Assembly: GCA_040081625.1 (NCBI GenBank)
Contig: JBEBGD010000086.1
Location: forward strand, 1 to 24,395
Length of the DNA: 24,395 bases
Direction: 5' to 3'
Origin: Chthoniobacteraceae bacterium
GTDB taxonomy: Bacteria; Verrucomicrobiota; Verrucomicrobiia; Chthoniobacterales; Chthoniobacteraceae
Below are positions 1 to 7,066 of this stretch, in pieces. Under the pieces are notes generated by a model. It was given only the letters and a program-made list of their open reading frames with translations. It was not told where the DNA came from and did not search any database. The position numbers and the translations under genes were made by a program. Each line of letters opens with the position of its first letter. The first letter of the stretch is position 1.

Positions 1-846
1 GAGGCTTCCGGTCTTTGGCGGCTCAAGCCCGAAGAGCGCGCGCCGCTGCGCGCACACACCTTCGGCACCGGCCAGCTCATCCGCGACGCCGCCGCGCGCG
101 GCGCGAAGAAAATCCTCGTCGGCCTCGGCGGCAGCGCGACGACCGACGGCGGCGCCGGCATGGCCGCGGCGCTCGGCTTCTCCTTGATCACGAGCGACTG
201 CGATGAACTCGGTCCTTATCCCGGCGATCTCATCGCCCTCGTGCGGATCGAGAACACGAACGCGATCGACCTGCCGGAGATCGTCGCCGCATGCGACGTG
301 CAGAACCCGCTGCTCGGCGAGCGCGGCACAGCGCGCGTCTTCGCCCCGCAAAAAGGAGCCGACGAAAAGACCGTCGTGCATCTCGAAGCCTCGCTCACAC
401 AGCTCGCCGAGATCGTCGCCGAGTCGCTCGGCTGCGACTTTCGTGACGCGCCCGGCGCCGGCGCGGCGGGCGGGATCGGCTTTGGACTTATGAGCTTTTG
501 CCGCGCGAAGATGTGCTCGGGCTTCGACCTCGTCGCCGCGACGATCGGGCTCGAGGAAAAGATCGCCGCCGCGGACATCGTCATCACCGGCGAGGGGCGG
601 CTCGATGCGCAGACTCTCGAAGGCAAAGGCCCCGCGGGAGTCGCCGCGCTCGCGCGCAAACACGGCAAGCCGATCATCGCGTTCGGCGGAGGCATCGAAC
701 CGGCGGTGGAGAAACTTTTTGACGCCATCGTCCCCATCATCGACTCACCGCTCCCTCTCGATGAGGCGATGCGCCGTGGAGCCGAGTTGCTCCGCCGGGC
801 CGCGCGCCGCGCCGGGCGGCTCATTTCGATCCGCAGCCAACCATGA
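1..846 (+). CDS. Glycerate kinase (GlxK/GarK family), 5' end outside window
   Basis: Frame is open from base 1 (EASGLWRLKPEERAPLRAHTFGTGQLI...LVGLGGSATTDGGAGM). Motifs ACDVQNPLLG, GAGAAGGIGFGL and ITGEGRLDAQTLEGKGP are typical of the family. Confidence 0.93.
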   Translation, partial: EASGLWRLKPEERAPLRAHTFGTGQLIRDAAARGAKKILVGLGGSATTDGGAGMAAALGFSLITSDCDELGPYPGDLIALVRIENTNAIDLPEIVAACDVQNPLLGERGTARVFAPQKGADEKTVVHLEASLTQLAEIVAESLGCDFRDAPGAGAAGGIGFGLMSFCRAKMCSGFDLVAATIGLEEKIAAADIVITGEGRLDAQTLEGKGPAGVAALARKHGKPIIAFGGGIEPAVEKLFDAIVPIIDSPLPLDEAMRRGAELLRRAARRAGRLISIRSQP

Positions 847-1784
847 GCAAACGCATCGCACTTCTTTTCGCCGGCCAGGGCGCCCAACAGGTCGGCATGG
901 GCCGGGACCTCGCGGAGAAATATCCCGCCGCGCGTGAAGTCTTCGCCTCGGCGGACACGATCCTCGGCCGGCCGGTTTCCAAGCTCTGCTTCGAGGGCCC
1001 GGAGGAGGAACTCACGCCGACGAAGAACTGCCAGCCCGCACTCTTCGTTCACGGCCTCGCGTGCCTCGCGGCGCTGCGTGCGGAAGTTGGCGAGTTTCCC
1101 GTGCATGCCGCGGCCGGCCTTTCGCTCGGCGAGTTCACCGCGCACGCCGCGGCGGGCACGTTCGATTTCCAGACCGGCCTGCGCCTCGTCGCGCAGCGCG
1201 GCCACTACATGCAGGACGCCTGCGAAGCGAGCAGCGGCGGCATGGCTGCGATGATCGGCGGCGACGAGAGCGCCGTGCGCGCACTCGCGGCGGAGTGCGA
1301 CGTGGACGTGGCGAATCTCAACAGCCCCGGACAGGTCGTGATCAGCGGCGAAACGTCGAAGGTCGCGCTCGCCGTCTCACTCGCGAAGGAACACGGCGTG
1401 CGCTTGGCGAAGATGCTCAACGTCGCCGGCGCCTACCATTCGCGCCTGATGAATTCCGCGTTCGAGAAACTCGGCGAGGCGCTCCAGCGCGTGGAGTTTT
1501 CCGCGCCGAAGTTCCCCGTCATTTGCAACGTCGATGCATGCCCGGTGAGCGAAGCCGACGAGATCCGGCAGAGCCTGCAGGATCAAGTCACCGGCACCGT
1601 CTGCTGGACCGAGACGCAGGAGCTCCTCGTCGATCAGGAGAAGATCGACCTTTTCATCGAACTCGGCCCCGGTGGCATCCTCGCGGGCCTTCTCAACCGC
1701 ACACGCAAAGGCACGAAGTGTGTAAGCATCGACGATTGCGCGAGCCTCGAGGCCGCGCTGCCGGCGATCCGCGAATCGATCTAA
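843..1784 (+). CDS. fabD: Malonyl-CoA:ACP transacylase
   Basis: FAGQGAQ N-terminus, CQPALF, GLSLGEF active-site motif (GxSxG), NLNSPGQVVISG, VAGAYHS. ATGA overlap with the upstream gene. Confidence 0.96.
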   Translation: MSKRIALLFAGQGAQQVGMGRDLAEKYPAAREVFASADTILGRPVSKLCFEGPEEELTPTKNCQPALFVHGLACLAALRAEVGEFPVHAAAGLSLGEFTAHAAAGTFDFQTGLRLVAQRGHYMQDACEASSGGMAAMIGGDESAVRALAAECDVDVANLNSPGQVVISGETSKVALAVSLAKEHGVRLAKMLNVAGAYHSRLMNSAFEKLGEALQRVEFSAPKFPVICNVDACPVSEADEIRQSLQDQVTGTVCWTETQELLVDQEKIDLFIELGPGGILAGLLNRTRKGTKCVSIDDCASLEAALPAIRESI

Positions 1785-1787
1785 ACC

Positions 1788-2090
1788 ATGGCCGCCGTCA
1801 TCGCCCTCGAGGGAGAAATCGACCTGCACCACTCCGTATTCGTGCGGGAGAAGCTCGAGCCGCACATCGCCGCGAAGGAAGCGAAGGTCGTCGTCGATCT
1901 GAGCGGCGTGAGCTACCTCGACAGCTCCGGCCTTGCCGTCTTCATCGAGGCGATGCAGCGCGTGAGTAGCTACGGCGGCGTCTTCGCGCTGTGCGGACTG
2001 CGCGAGAGCGTGCGGCACATTTTCGCCATCGCGCGGCTCGACCAGGTGTTTCGGATTTTCCCGGATCAAGCCGCGGCGAGCGCGGAATAG
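1788..2090 (+). CDS. STAS-domain anti-sigma factor antagonist
   Basis: 100 aa; LEGEIDL, VVVDLSGVSYLDSSGL (phosphorylatable Ser motif), IFAIARLDQVF. Confidence 0.92.
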   Translation: MAAVIALEGEIDLHHSVFVREKLEPHIAAKEAKVVVDLSGVSYLDSSGLAVFIEAMQRVSSYGGVFALCGLRESVRHIFAIARLDQVFRIFPDQAAASAE

Positions 2091-2139
2091 GGAGTGTCCG
2101 CAATCGGTTGAGCGCGACCGTCGGGGGCTGAACCGCGCC

Positions 2140-2168
2140 TTGCCTGCGGCGCGGAGCGCGGGCATCGT
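2140..2168 (+). promoter_or_regulatory. Putative sigma70-type promoter for a leaderless Uma2 mRNA
   Basis: TTGCCT (2140-2145), 17-nt spacer, CATCGT (2163-2168), then 6 nt to ATG 2175. No Shine-Dalgarno sequence. Confidence 0.4.
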
Positions 2169-2174
2169 GCCCGC

Positions 2175-2726
2175 ATGACTGAACTGCTCGAAGTGCCTGC
2201 CATCCGCGCGCGGGCGATGAAGTTTTCCATCGAGGACTACCATCGCATCACCGAAGGCCAGCCAACGGAATTGCTGCACGGAACCATCATCCGAAAAATG
2301 TCCAAGTCGCCCACCCACAGTTCAACCGCGGAGAATGTTCAGGATGCGCTTGAGGGGCAGGTCAAACCGCCATTGCTCGTGCTCTATGAGCGACCGCTCG
2401 CACTCACCGACAGCGAGCCCGAACCTGATGTCTGTGTCGTGCGCGGCACGAAGGCAGACTTTGCCAGGAAACATCCCGCGACAGCCGAACTCGTGGTCGA
2501 GATCGCCGTCACGACGCTCGAGATCGATCGCGTGAAGGCGCTCATCTACGCCGCAGCGGGAGTGAAGGAATACTGGATCGTGTGCCCGGAGGAGAAGCGC
2601 GTGGAGGTCTTCCGCCAGCCGGGCGCGCAGGGCTACGCGGAGACGCTCGTCGTTTCCGCGCCCGCGGTGCTCGCGAGCACGGCGCTGCCGGGCGTGCAGA
2701 TCGATCTCGCGGCGTTCTTCGCCTGA
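2175..2726 (+). CDS. Uma2 (DUF820) family PD-(D/E)xK endonuclease-like protein
   Basis: FSIEDYH, ELLHG, EPEPDVCVV, LVVEIA, KALIYAAAGVKEYWIV motifs. Confidence 0.9.
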   Translation: MTELLEVPAIRARAMKFSIEDYHRITEGQPTELLHGTIIRKMSKSPTHSSTAENVQDALEGQVKPPLLVLYERPLALTDSEPEPDVCVVRGTKADFARKHPATAELVVEIAVTTLEIDRVKALIYAAAGVKEYWIVCPEEKRVEVFRQPGAQGYAETLVVSAPAVLASTALPGVQIDLAAFFA

Positions 2727-2730
2727 ACGA

Positions 2731-4149
2731 TTACGCTTTCTCCGCCTGCTCGAAGACCGAGCGCCAGTAGTCGAGCCGCTCCTTGATCCGCTTTTCCGCG
2801 CCCTGGTCGCCGGGCTCGTAGTAGCGGCGGCCTTCGGGAAGGTAGGCCTGCGGGACGTAGTGGCCTTCGCCGTCGTGCGCGTATTTGTAGCCGACGTGGC
2901 CGAGCGCCTTCGCGCCTTTCTTGTGGCCGGTGCTGCGAAGATGGCGCGGCACGGCAAGGGTGACGCCGGTCTTCACCTCGGCGAGCGCCCTGTCGAGGGC
3001 GACGTAGGCGGTGTTCGATTTCGGCGCGGTGGCGAGATAGACGGTCGCGTGCGCGAGGGGGATGCGCGCCTCGGGCAGGCCGATGAACTCGACGGCTTGC
3101 TGCGCGGCGACGGCGACGACGAGGCCCTGCGAGTCGGCGAGGCCGATGTCTTCGCTCGCGAGGATGACGATGCGGCGCGCGATGAAGCGGATGTCTTCGC
3201 CGGCGTGGAGCATCTTCGCGAGCCAGTAGAGCGCGGCGTCGGGGTCGGAACCGCGCACACTTTTGATGAACGCGCTGATCGTGTCGTAGTGCTGGTCGCC
3301 GTCGGCGTCATAGACGACCGCTTTCCGCTGGATCGATTCCTCGGCGATGGCACGCGTGATGTGGATAACGCCGCCTCGCGCCTCTCCTTCTGCTTCTGCT
3401 TCTTCATCTCCTTCTCTCCAGACAGAAGCAGATGAAGAAGCAGAAGCAGAAGGAGATGACGGCGGAGTGGTGACGACGGCAATCTCCAGCGCGCTCAAGC
3501 ATTTTCGCGCGTCGCCATCGGCGGTGATGGCGAGGTGCTGGAGCGCGTCGTCGTCCACTTCGACTCGCGACTTCCCGAAGCCGCGCTCCTCATCGGCGAG
3601 CGCGCGCTTTTGCAGATCGACGAGGTTTTGCACCGAGAGCGGCTCGAGCTGGAAGACCTGCGAACGCGAGACGAGCGGGCTGTTGATGTAGAAGAACGGA
3701 TTGTGCGTCGTCGCGCCGATGAGCCGCACGGTGCCGCGCTCGACATCCGGCAGCAGCACGTCCTGCTGCGCTTTGTTCCAGCGATGGATTTCGTCGATGA
3801 AGAGGATCGTCTTTTCCCCGCGCGTGGCGCGCAGCGCGGCGGCGGCGATGACGCGGCGCAGATCGGCGACACTGCTCTCGACCCCGCTCAGCCGCTCGAA
3901 TCGCGACCGGGTCGCGCGCGCGATCACCTCCGCGAGCGTCGTCTTTCCCACGCCCGGCGGGCCGAAGAGGATGATCGACGAAAGCCGGTCCGCCTCGATC
4001 GCGCGCCGCAGCAGCTTGCCCGCGCCGAGCATGTGCTCCTGCCCGGCGTATTCGTCGAGCGTGCGCGGGCGCATCCGCGCGGCGAGCGGCGCGTTCGGGT
4101 CGATCGCCGGGATTTCCTCCGGCTCGGTCTGGGTGAAAAGATCGGACAC
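2731..4149 (-). CDS. rarA: Replication-associated recombination protein A (RarA/MgsA AAA+ ATPase), with an in-frame low-complexity insertion
   Basis: PLAARMRP, GPPGVGKTT (Walker A), LFIDEIHRWNKAQQD, YDTISAFIKSVRGSDPDAA, ASEDIGLAD. GTG start at 4149 chosen (VSDLF...); the longer ORF-track extension is antisense to apbE. Confidence 0.95.
   Translation of the reverse strand: MSDLFTQTEPEEIPAIDPNAPLAARMRPRTLDEYAGQEHMLGAGKLLRRAIEADRLSSIILFGPPGVGKTTLAEVIARATRSRFERLSGVESSVADLRRVIAAAALRATRGEKTILFIDEIHRWNKAQQDVLLPDVERGTVRLIGATTHNPFFYINSPLVSRSQVFQLEPLSVQNLVDLQKRALADEERGFGKSRVEVDDDALQHLAITADGDARKCLSALEIAVVTTPPSSPSASASSSASVWREGDEEAEAEGEARGGVIHITRAIAEESIQRKAVVYDADGDQHYDTISAFIKSVRGSDPDAALYWLAKMLHAGEDIRFIARRIVILASEDIGLADSQGLVVAVAAQQAVEFIGLPEARIPLAHATVYLATAPKSNTAYVALDRALAEVKTGVTLAVPRHLRSTGHKKGAKALGHVGYKYAHDGEGHYVPQAYLPEGRRYYEPGDQGAEKRIKERLDYWRSVFEQAEKA
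3383..3456. repeat. Perfect 27-bp inverted repeat of degenerate hexamer units inside rarA
   Basis: TCTCCTTCTGCTTCTGCTTCTTCATCT (3383-3409) is the exact reverse complement of AGATGAAGAAGCAGAAGCAGAAGGAGA (3430-3456). Five more bp pair inward after one mismatch. Confidence 0.95.
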
Positions 4150-4169
4150 GGCGCGAGCGTAGCCGCAAA

Positions 4170-4197
4170 TGCGGATTGCGGAATGCGGAATGCGGAA
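4170..4197 (+). repeat. Heptamer tandem repeat TGCGGAW x4
   Basis: TGCGGAT TGCGGAA TGCGGAA TGCGGAA in the 66-bp divergent rarA/apbE spacer. Confidence 0.92.
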
Positions 4198-4215
4198 GGA
4201 GACACGCACTCGTTC

Positions 4216-5214
4216 ATGTTTCGTGTCCTCCTGTTCATCAGCCTCGCTGCGTCGCTCCACGCCGACGACGCGCTCCAGCGCTTCGCCTACGAGAAGGCGG
4301 AGATGGGCCTGCCCTTCCGCATCACGCTCTACGCGCCGGACGCTGCAGCGGCGAAGGCGGCGGCAGACGCGGCGTTCGAGCGCATCGCGCAGCTCAACGG
4401 AGTCTTCAGCGACTACGATTCCGACAGCGAACTGAGCCGCCTCTCGCGCACCTCGGGCACTGATCGCTTCGTCCCGGTCACGACCGACCTCTGGAACGTG
4501 CTCGAACGCGCGCAGGCGCTCGCGCTGCGGACCGACGGCGCCTTCGACATCACCATCGGCCCGCTCGTGAGCCTGTGGCGCCGCGCGCGGCAGAAGAAGG
4601 AACTGCCGGGCGCCGACATCATCGCCGAAATGAAGGAGCGCGTCGGCTGGCACAACCTGCTCCTCGATCCCGCGACCAAGTCCGCAAAGCTCCTCGTGCC
4701 CGACATGCGGCTCGACGTGGCGGCCATCGCCAAGGGCTACGCGATCGACGCCGCGGCGAAGCTGCTGCGCGAGCGCGGCGTCACGCGCTCGCTCGTCGCC
4801 GGCGGCGGCGACATGATGGCGGGCGACCCGCCGCCGGGGCAGCCCGGCTGGAAGATCGAAGTCGCCCCGCTCGACGCGCCCGATTCGCCCGCCGCCGAAG
4901 TCGTGCTCCTGCGCAACAGCGCCATCGCCACGAGCGGCGACATCTTCCAGCGCGTCGAGATCGGCGGCGTGCGCTACTCGCACATCGTCGATCAGCAGAC
5001 CGGCCTCGGCCTCACCGACCACAGCCTCGTCACCATCCTCGCGCCCGATTGCACAACCGCCGACAGCCTCAGCACCGCCGTCAGCGCGCTGCGCCCCAGG
5101 CTCGGCCTCAAGCTCGTCGAAGAAACCCCCGGCATCGCCGCGCGCATCGTGCGCAAGCCCGCCGACCGCGTCGAAGTCCGCACCTCCGCGCGCTGGCCGG
5201 AGCAGGCGCGGTGA
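4216..5214 (+). CDS. apbE: FAD:protein FMN transferase (ApbE family), exported
   Basis: Signal-peptide-like start MFRVLLFISLAASLHA. Motifs SDYDSDSELSRL, TDGAFDITIGPL, LDVAAIAKGYAID, ATSGD, RYSHIVD, ADSLSTA. Confidence 0.92.
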   Translation: MFRVLLFISLAASLHADDALQRFAYEKAEMGLPFRITLYAPDAAAAKAAADAAFERIAQLNGVFSDYDSDSELSRLSRTSGTDRFVPVTTDLWNVLERAQALALRTDGAFDITIGPLVSLWRRARQKKELPGADIIAEMKERVGWHNLLLDPATKSAKLLVPDMRLDVAAIAKGYAIDAAAKLLRERGVTRSLVAGGGDMMAGDPPPGQPGWKIEVAPLDAPDSPAAEVVLLRNSAIATSGDIFQRVEIGGVRYSHIVDQQTGLGLTDHSLVTILAPDCTTADSLSTAVSALRPRLGLKLVEETPGIAARIVRKPADRVEVRTSARWPEQAR

Positions 5215-5271
5215 CGCTGGAGTGAAGTTCTATTGTCTTCCCGTCGCGAAGGACTGAGCATCCGCCCGCTC

Positions 5272-5460
5272 ATGGTCGATCTCGACACGCTGCCCGACAG
5301 AATCAAAGCCATCCGCCGCGAAATCCGCGCCGAGTATCTCCAGCCGCACGCACACCCGTGGATCATCGGCTTCTCCGGCGGGAAGGACTCGACGCTGCTC
5401 GCGCGCGAGCAGCGGGCGAGGGATGAAATTGAGGATCTGTTCCGGCAGATTGCGGCCTGA
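5272..5460 (+). pseudogene. dndC: 5' remnant of a DndC-like DNA phosphorothioation sulfurtransferase (PAPS-reductase/PP-loop family)
   Basis: IRREIRAEYLQPHAHPWIIGFSGGKDSTLLA resembles the DndC N-terminus (EY...PW[IV][IV]G[FY]SGGKDST). The ORF is only 62 aa and the resemblance ends just after the PP-loop. Confidence 0.72.
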
Positions 5461-5472
5461 GGCATTTTTGAA

Positions 5473-6399
5473 ATGAACGCGACTTCGCCGGAGGCGGTTC
5501 GGTGGCTCGCAAAGCTGAGCGCGCTCAACGTCGATGCAGCGAAAAAGACGCGGTCCGTCGGTGCCGCGCCGCACAAGCCGCTCCTGCTGCTCATCGTTTG
5601 CGACTTGCTGGAAGAAGGAGTCCTCGCTGGAGGACTGCTGCACCGCGATGGCGCGCTCGCGTTTCGTTTCGGCACGTATTGGCGCGTCGTGGCAGATCGC
5701 CGGCGCACGAAGCCCGATCTCCGGTTGCCCTTTTACCACATTCGCCGCGATGAATTCTGGCAGCCGCTCGAAGCCGACGGACGCCCGGCTGAAAGTCGCG
5801 AACGGGCGGTGCTCGCGCAGTTCGACATGTCGTTTCTTGTTTGCCTCCAAGACCCCGAGTTTCGCTCGCTCGCGCGGCGCACGTTGATCGCGGGCTACTT
5901 CGAGCCGACCGAGCGTGCTGAGCTTTACACCCTTTGTGGGCTTCCGGTTCCGCCGGACGACATCATCGCCGCTGATGCCACGCGCTTCCTGCCCTCGGAC
6001 AGTGAAGAGAAGAAGCGCGACGTGAAATTCTCCATGCGCGTGCTGCCGGCCTACGACTTCACCTGCGCGCTCACCCGCTATCGCATGATCGCGATCGACG
6101 GGACGACATCCCTCGACGCGGCACACATCCACCAATTCAAGCGAGGAGGCACCAGCCATCCGACCAACGGCATCGCGCTCTCAAAAACCGCACATTGGCT
6201 TTTTGATCGCGGCTACTGGTCACTCGACGACGAGTGTCGAATCCTCGTCGCAGCGCACAAATTCGATGAGTCAGGGGAAGCGGCCCACCTGTTAAAGCCG
6301 CGAGCCAACACACCGATTCTCCTGCCGCCAAATCCGCTCTTTCATCCCGATCAAGCTTGTCTGCGCTGGCATCGGGAGCGCCACGGATTCGCAGCGTGA
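5473..6399 (+). CDS. SBD-HNH restriction endonuclease (putative phosphorothioated-DNA-dependent type IV REase)
   Basis: N-terminal APHKPLLLL and RLPFYHI...FW motifs of the sulfur-binding domain (ScoMcrA/SprMcrA-like). C-terminal HNH_2-type domain RD..F...VL.AY..TCALT...LDAAHI...NGIALSKTAHWLFDRG. ORF is intact, 308 aa. Confidence 0.82.
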   Translation: MNATSPEAVRWLAKLSALNVDAAKKTRSVGAAPHKPLLLLIVCDLLEEGVLAGGLLHRDGALAFRFGTYWRVVADRRRTKPDLRLPFYHIRRDEFWQPLEADGRPAESRERAVLAQFDMSFLVCLQDPEFRSLARRTLIAGYFEPTERAELYTLCGLPVPPDDIIAADATRFLPSDSEEKKRDVKFSMRVLPAYDFTCALTRYRMIAIDGTTSLDAAHIHQFKRGGTSHPTNGIALSKTAHWLFDRGYWSLDDECRILVAAHKFDESGEAAHLLKPRANTPILLPPNPLFHPDQACLRWHRERHGFAA

Positions 6400-6483
6400 C
6401 GGGCAAAGGATTGGCGGAGCTTTCCGGTCCAACCCAGAGCCAACGGCAAGGATCTCTCACGGGAAAGCGCAGGCGACAGGCCG

Positions 6484-6700
6484 GTGGACTTCGTGATCAA
6501 CGGTCCAGCGGTGTCGCCGCACATCGCGCTCATGGGCCGCTCGCGCAGCGGCAAGACGACGACGGGGATGCAGATGGCGATCGACCTCGTGGAGAAAGCG
6601 CGCATCCCGCTGCTGATCATCGACCCGAAGGGCGAGTTCGTGGCCGATGGCGAGGTGCAGGGCAAACTGCGCGACTCGATCGAGAAGGTGAACCAAAGGG
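6484..6700 (+). pseudogene. Fragment of a HerA/DUF87-type P-loop ATPase (possibly from a DndE-ATPase fusion or DndH-like gene)
   Basis: SPHIALMGRSRSGKTTTG (Walker A) followed by LLIIDPKGEF, the HerA/FtsK-superfamily DxKGE strand. No Walker B or C-terminal part follows. End coordinate is approximate. Confidence 0.65.
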
Positions 6701-6887
6701 GTTGCCTTCGCCAAACTCCCCGGTCGCGAACCGGAACCGATTCGCTGCTGGCAACCGGAAACATGACCATGCCGGACACCGAACCAGCGATCTCGCAGGA
6801 AGAAGAACGCGTGAGCTTTGAAAACTGGGCGGACGACGGTTGCCACGGCTTCATCGGTCAAAAATACGTGCTGACGCTCGCGACACC

Positions 6888-6970
6888 CGTCGCTACGCGA
6901 AGCGCACGATCTCGTGGGGATTTCCCGTGCTGAAGCACGGGGCTATTCTCGCAACGTCGCTACGCGACGT
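6888..6970. repeat. REP-like palindromic element upstream of recA
   Basis: 13-bp direct repeat CGTCGCTACGCGA at 6888-6900 and 6955-6967 (the second copy forms the hairpin ACGTCGC-TAC-GCGACGT). The copies flank the hairpin CCCGTGC-TGAA-GCACGGG (6924-6941) followed by GCTA. Confidence 0.65.
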
Positions 6971-7066
6971 GAGGCGGCTTGCCGAAGCGAACATCAAGAG
7001 GGCAAACTTTTCGCTTCTCATCGGTCCCGCGCGCTCCAACATCCCGGCGAACTTTTTAACACGAAC

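Noticed and set aside
4150..5022. N-terminal extension of the 763-aa rarA ORF (and the 3535-4215 extension of apbE)
   Set aside because: Each extension is the antisense of the other real gene. Family motifs begin at 4149 (rarA) and 4216 (apbE).
5240..6893. CCCGTCGC at both ends of the defence islet as a target-site duplication
   Set aside because: An 8-bp GC-rich match is expected by chance here, and no integrase or transposase is present.
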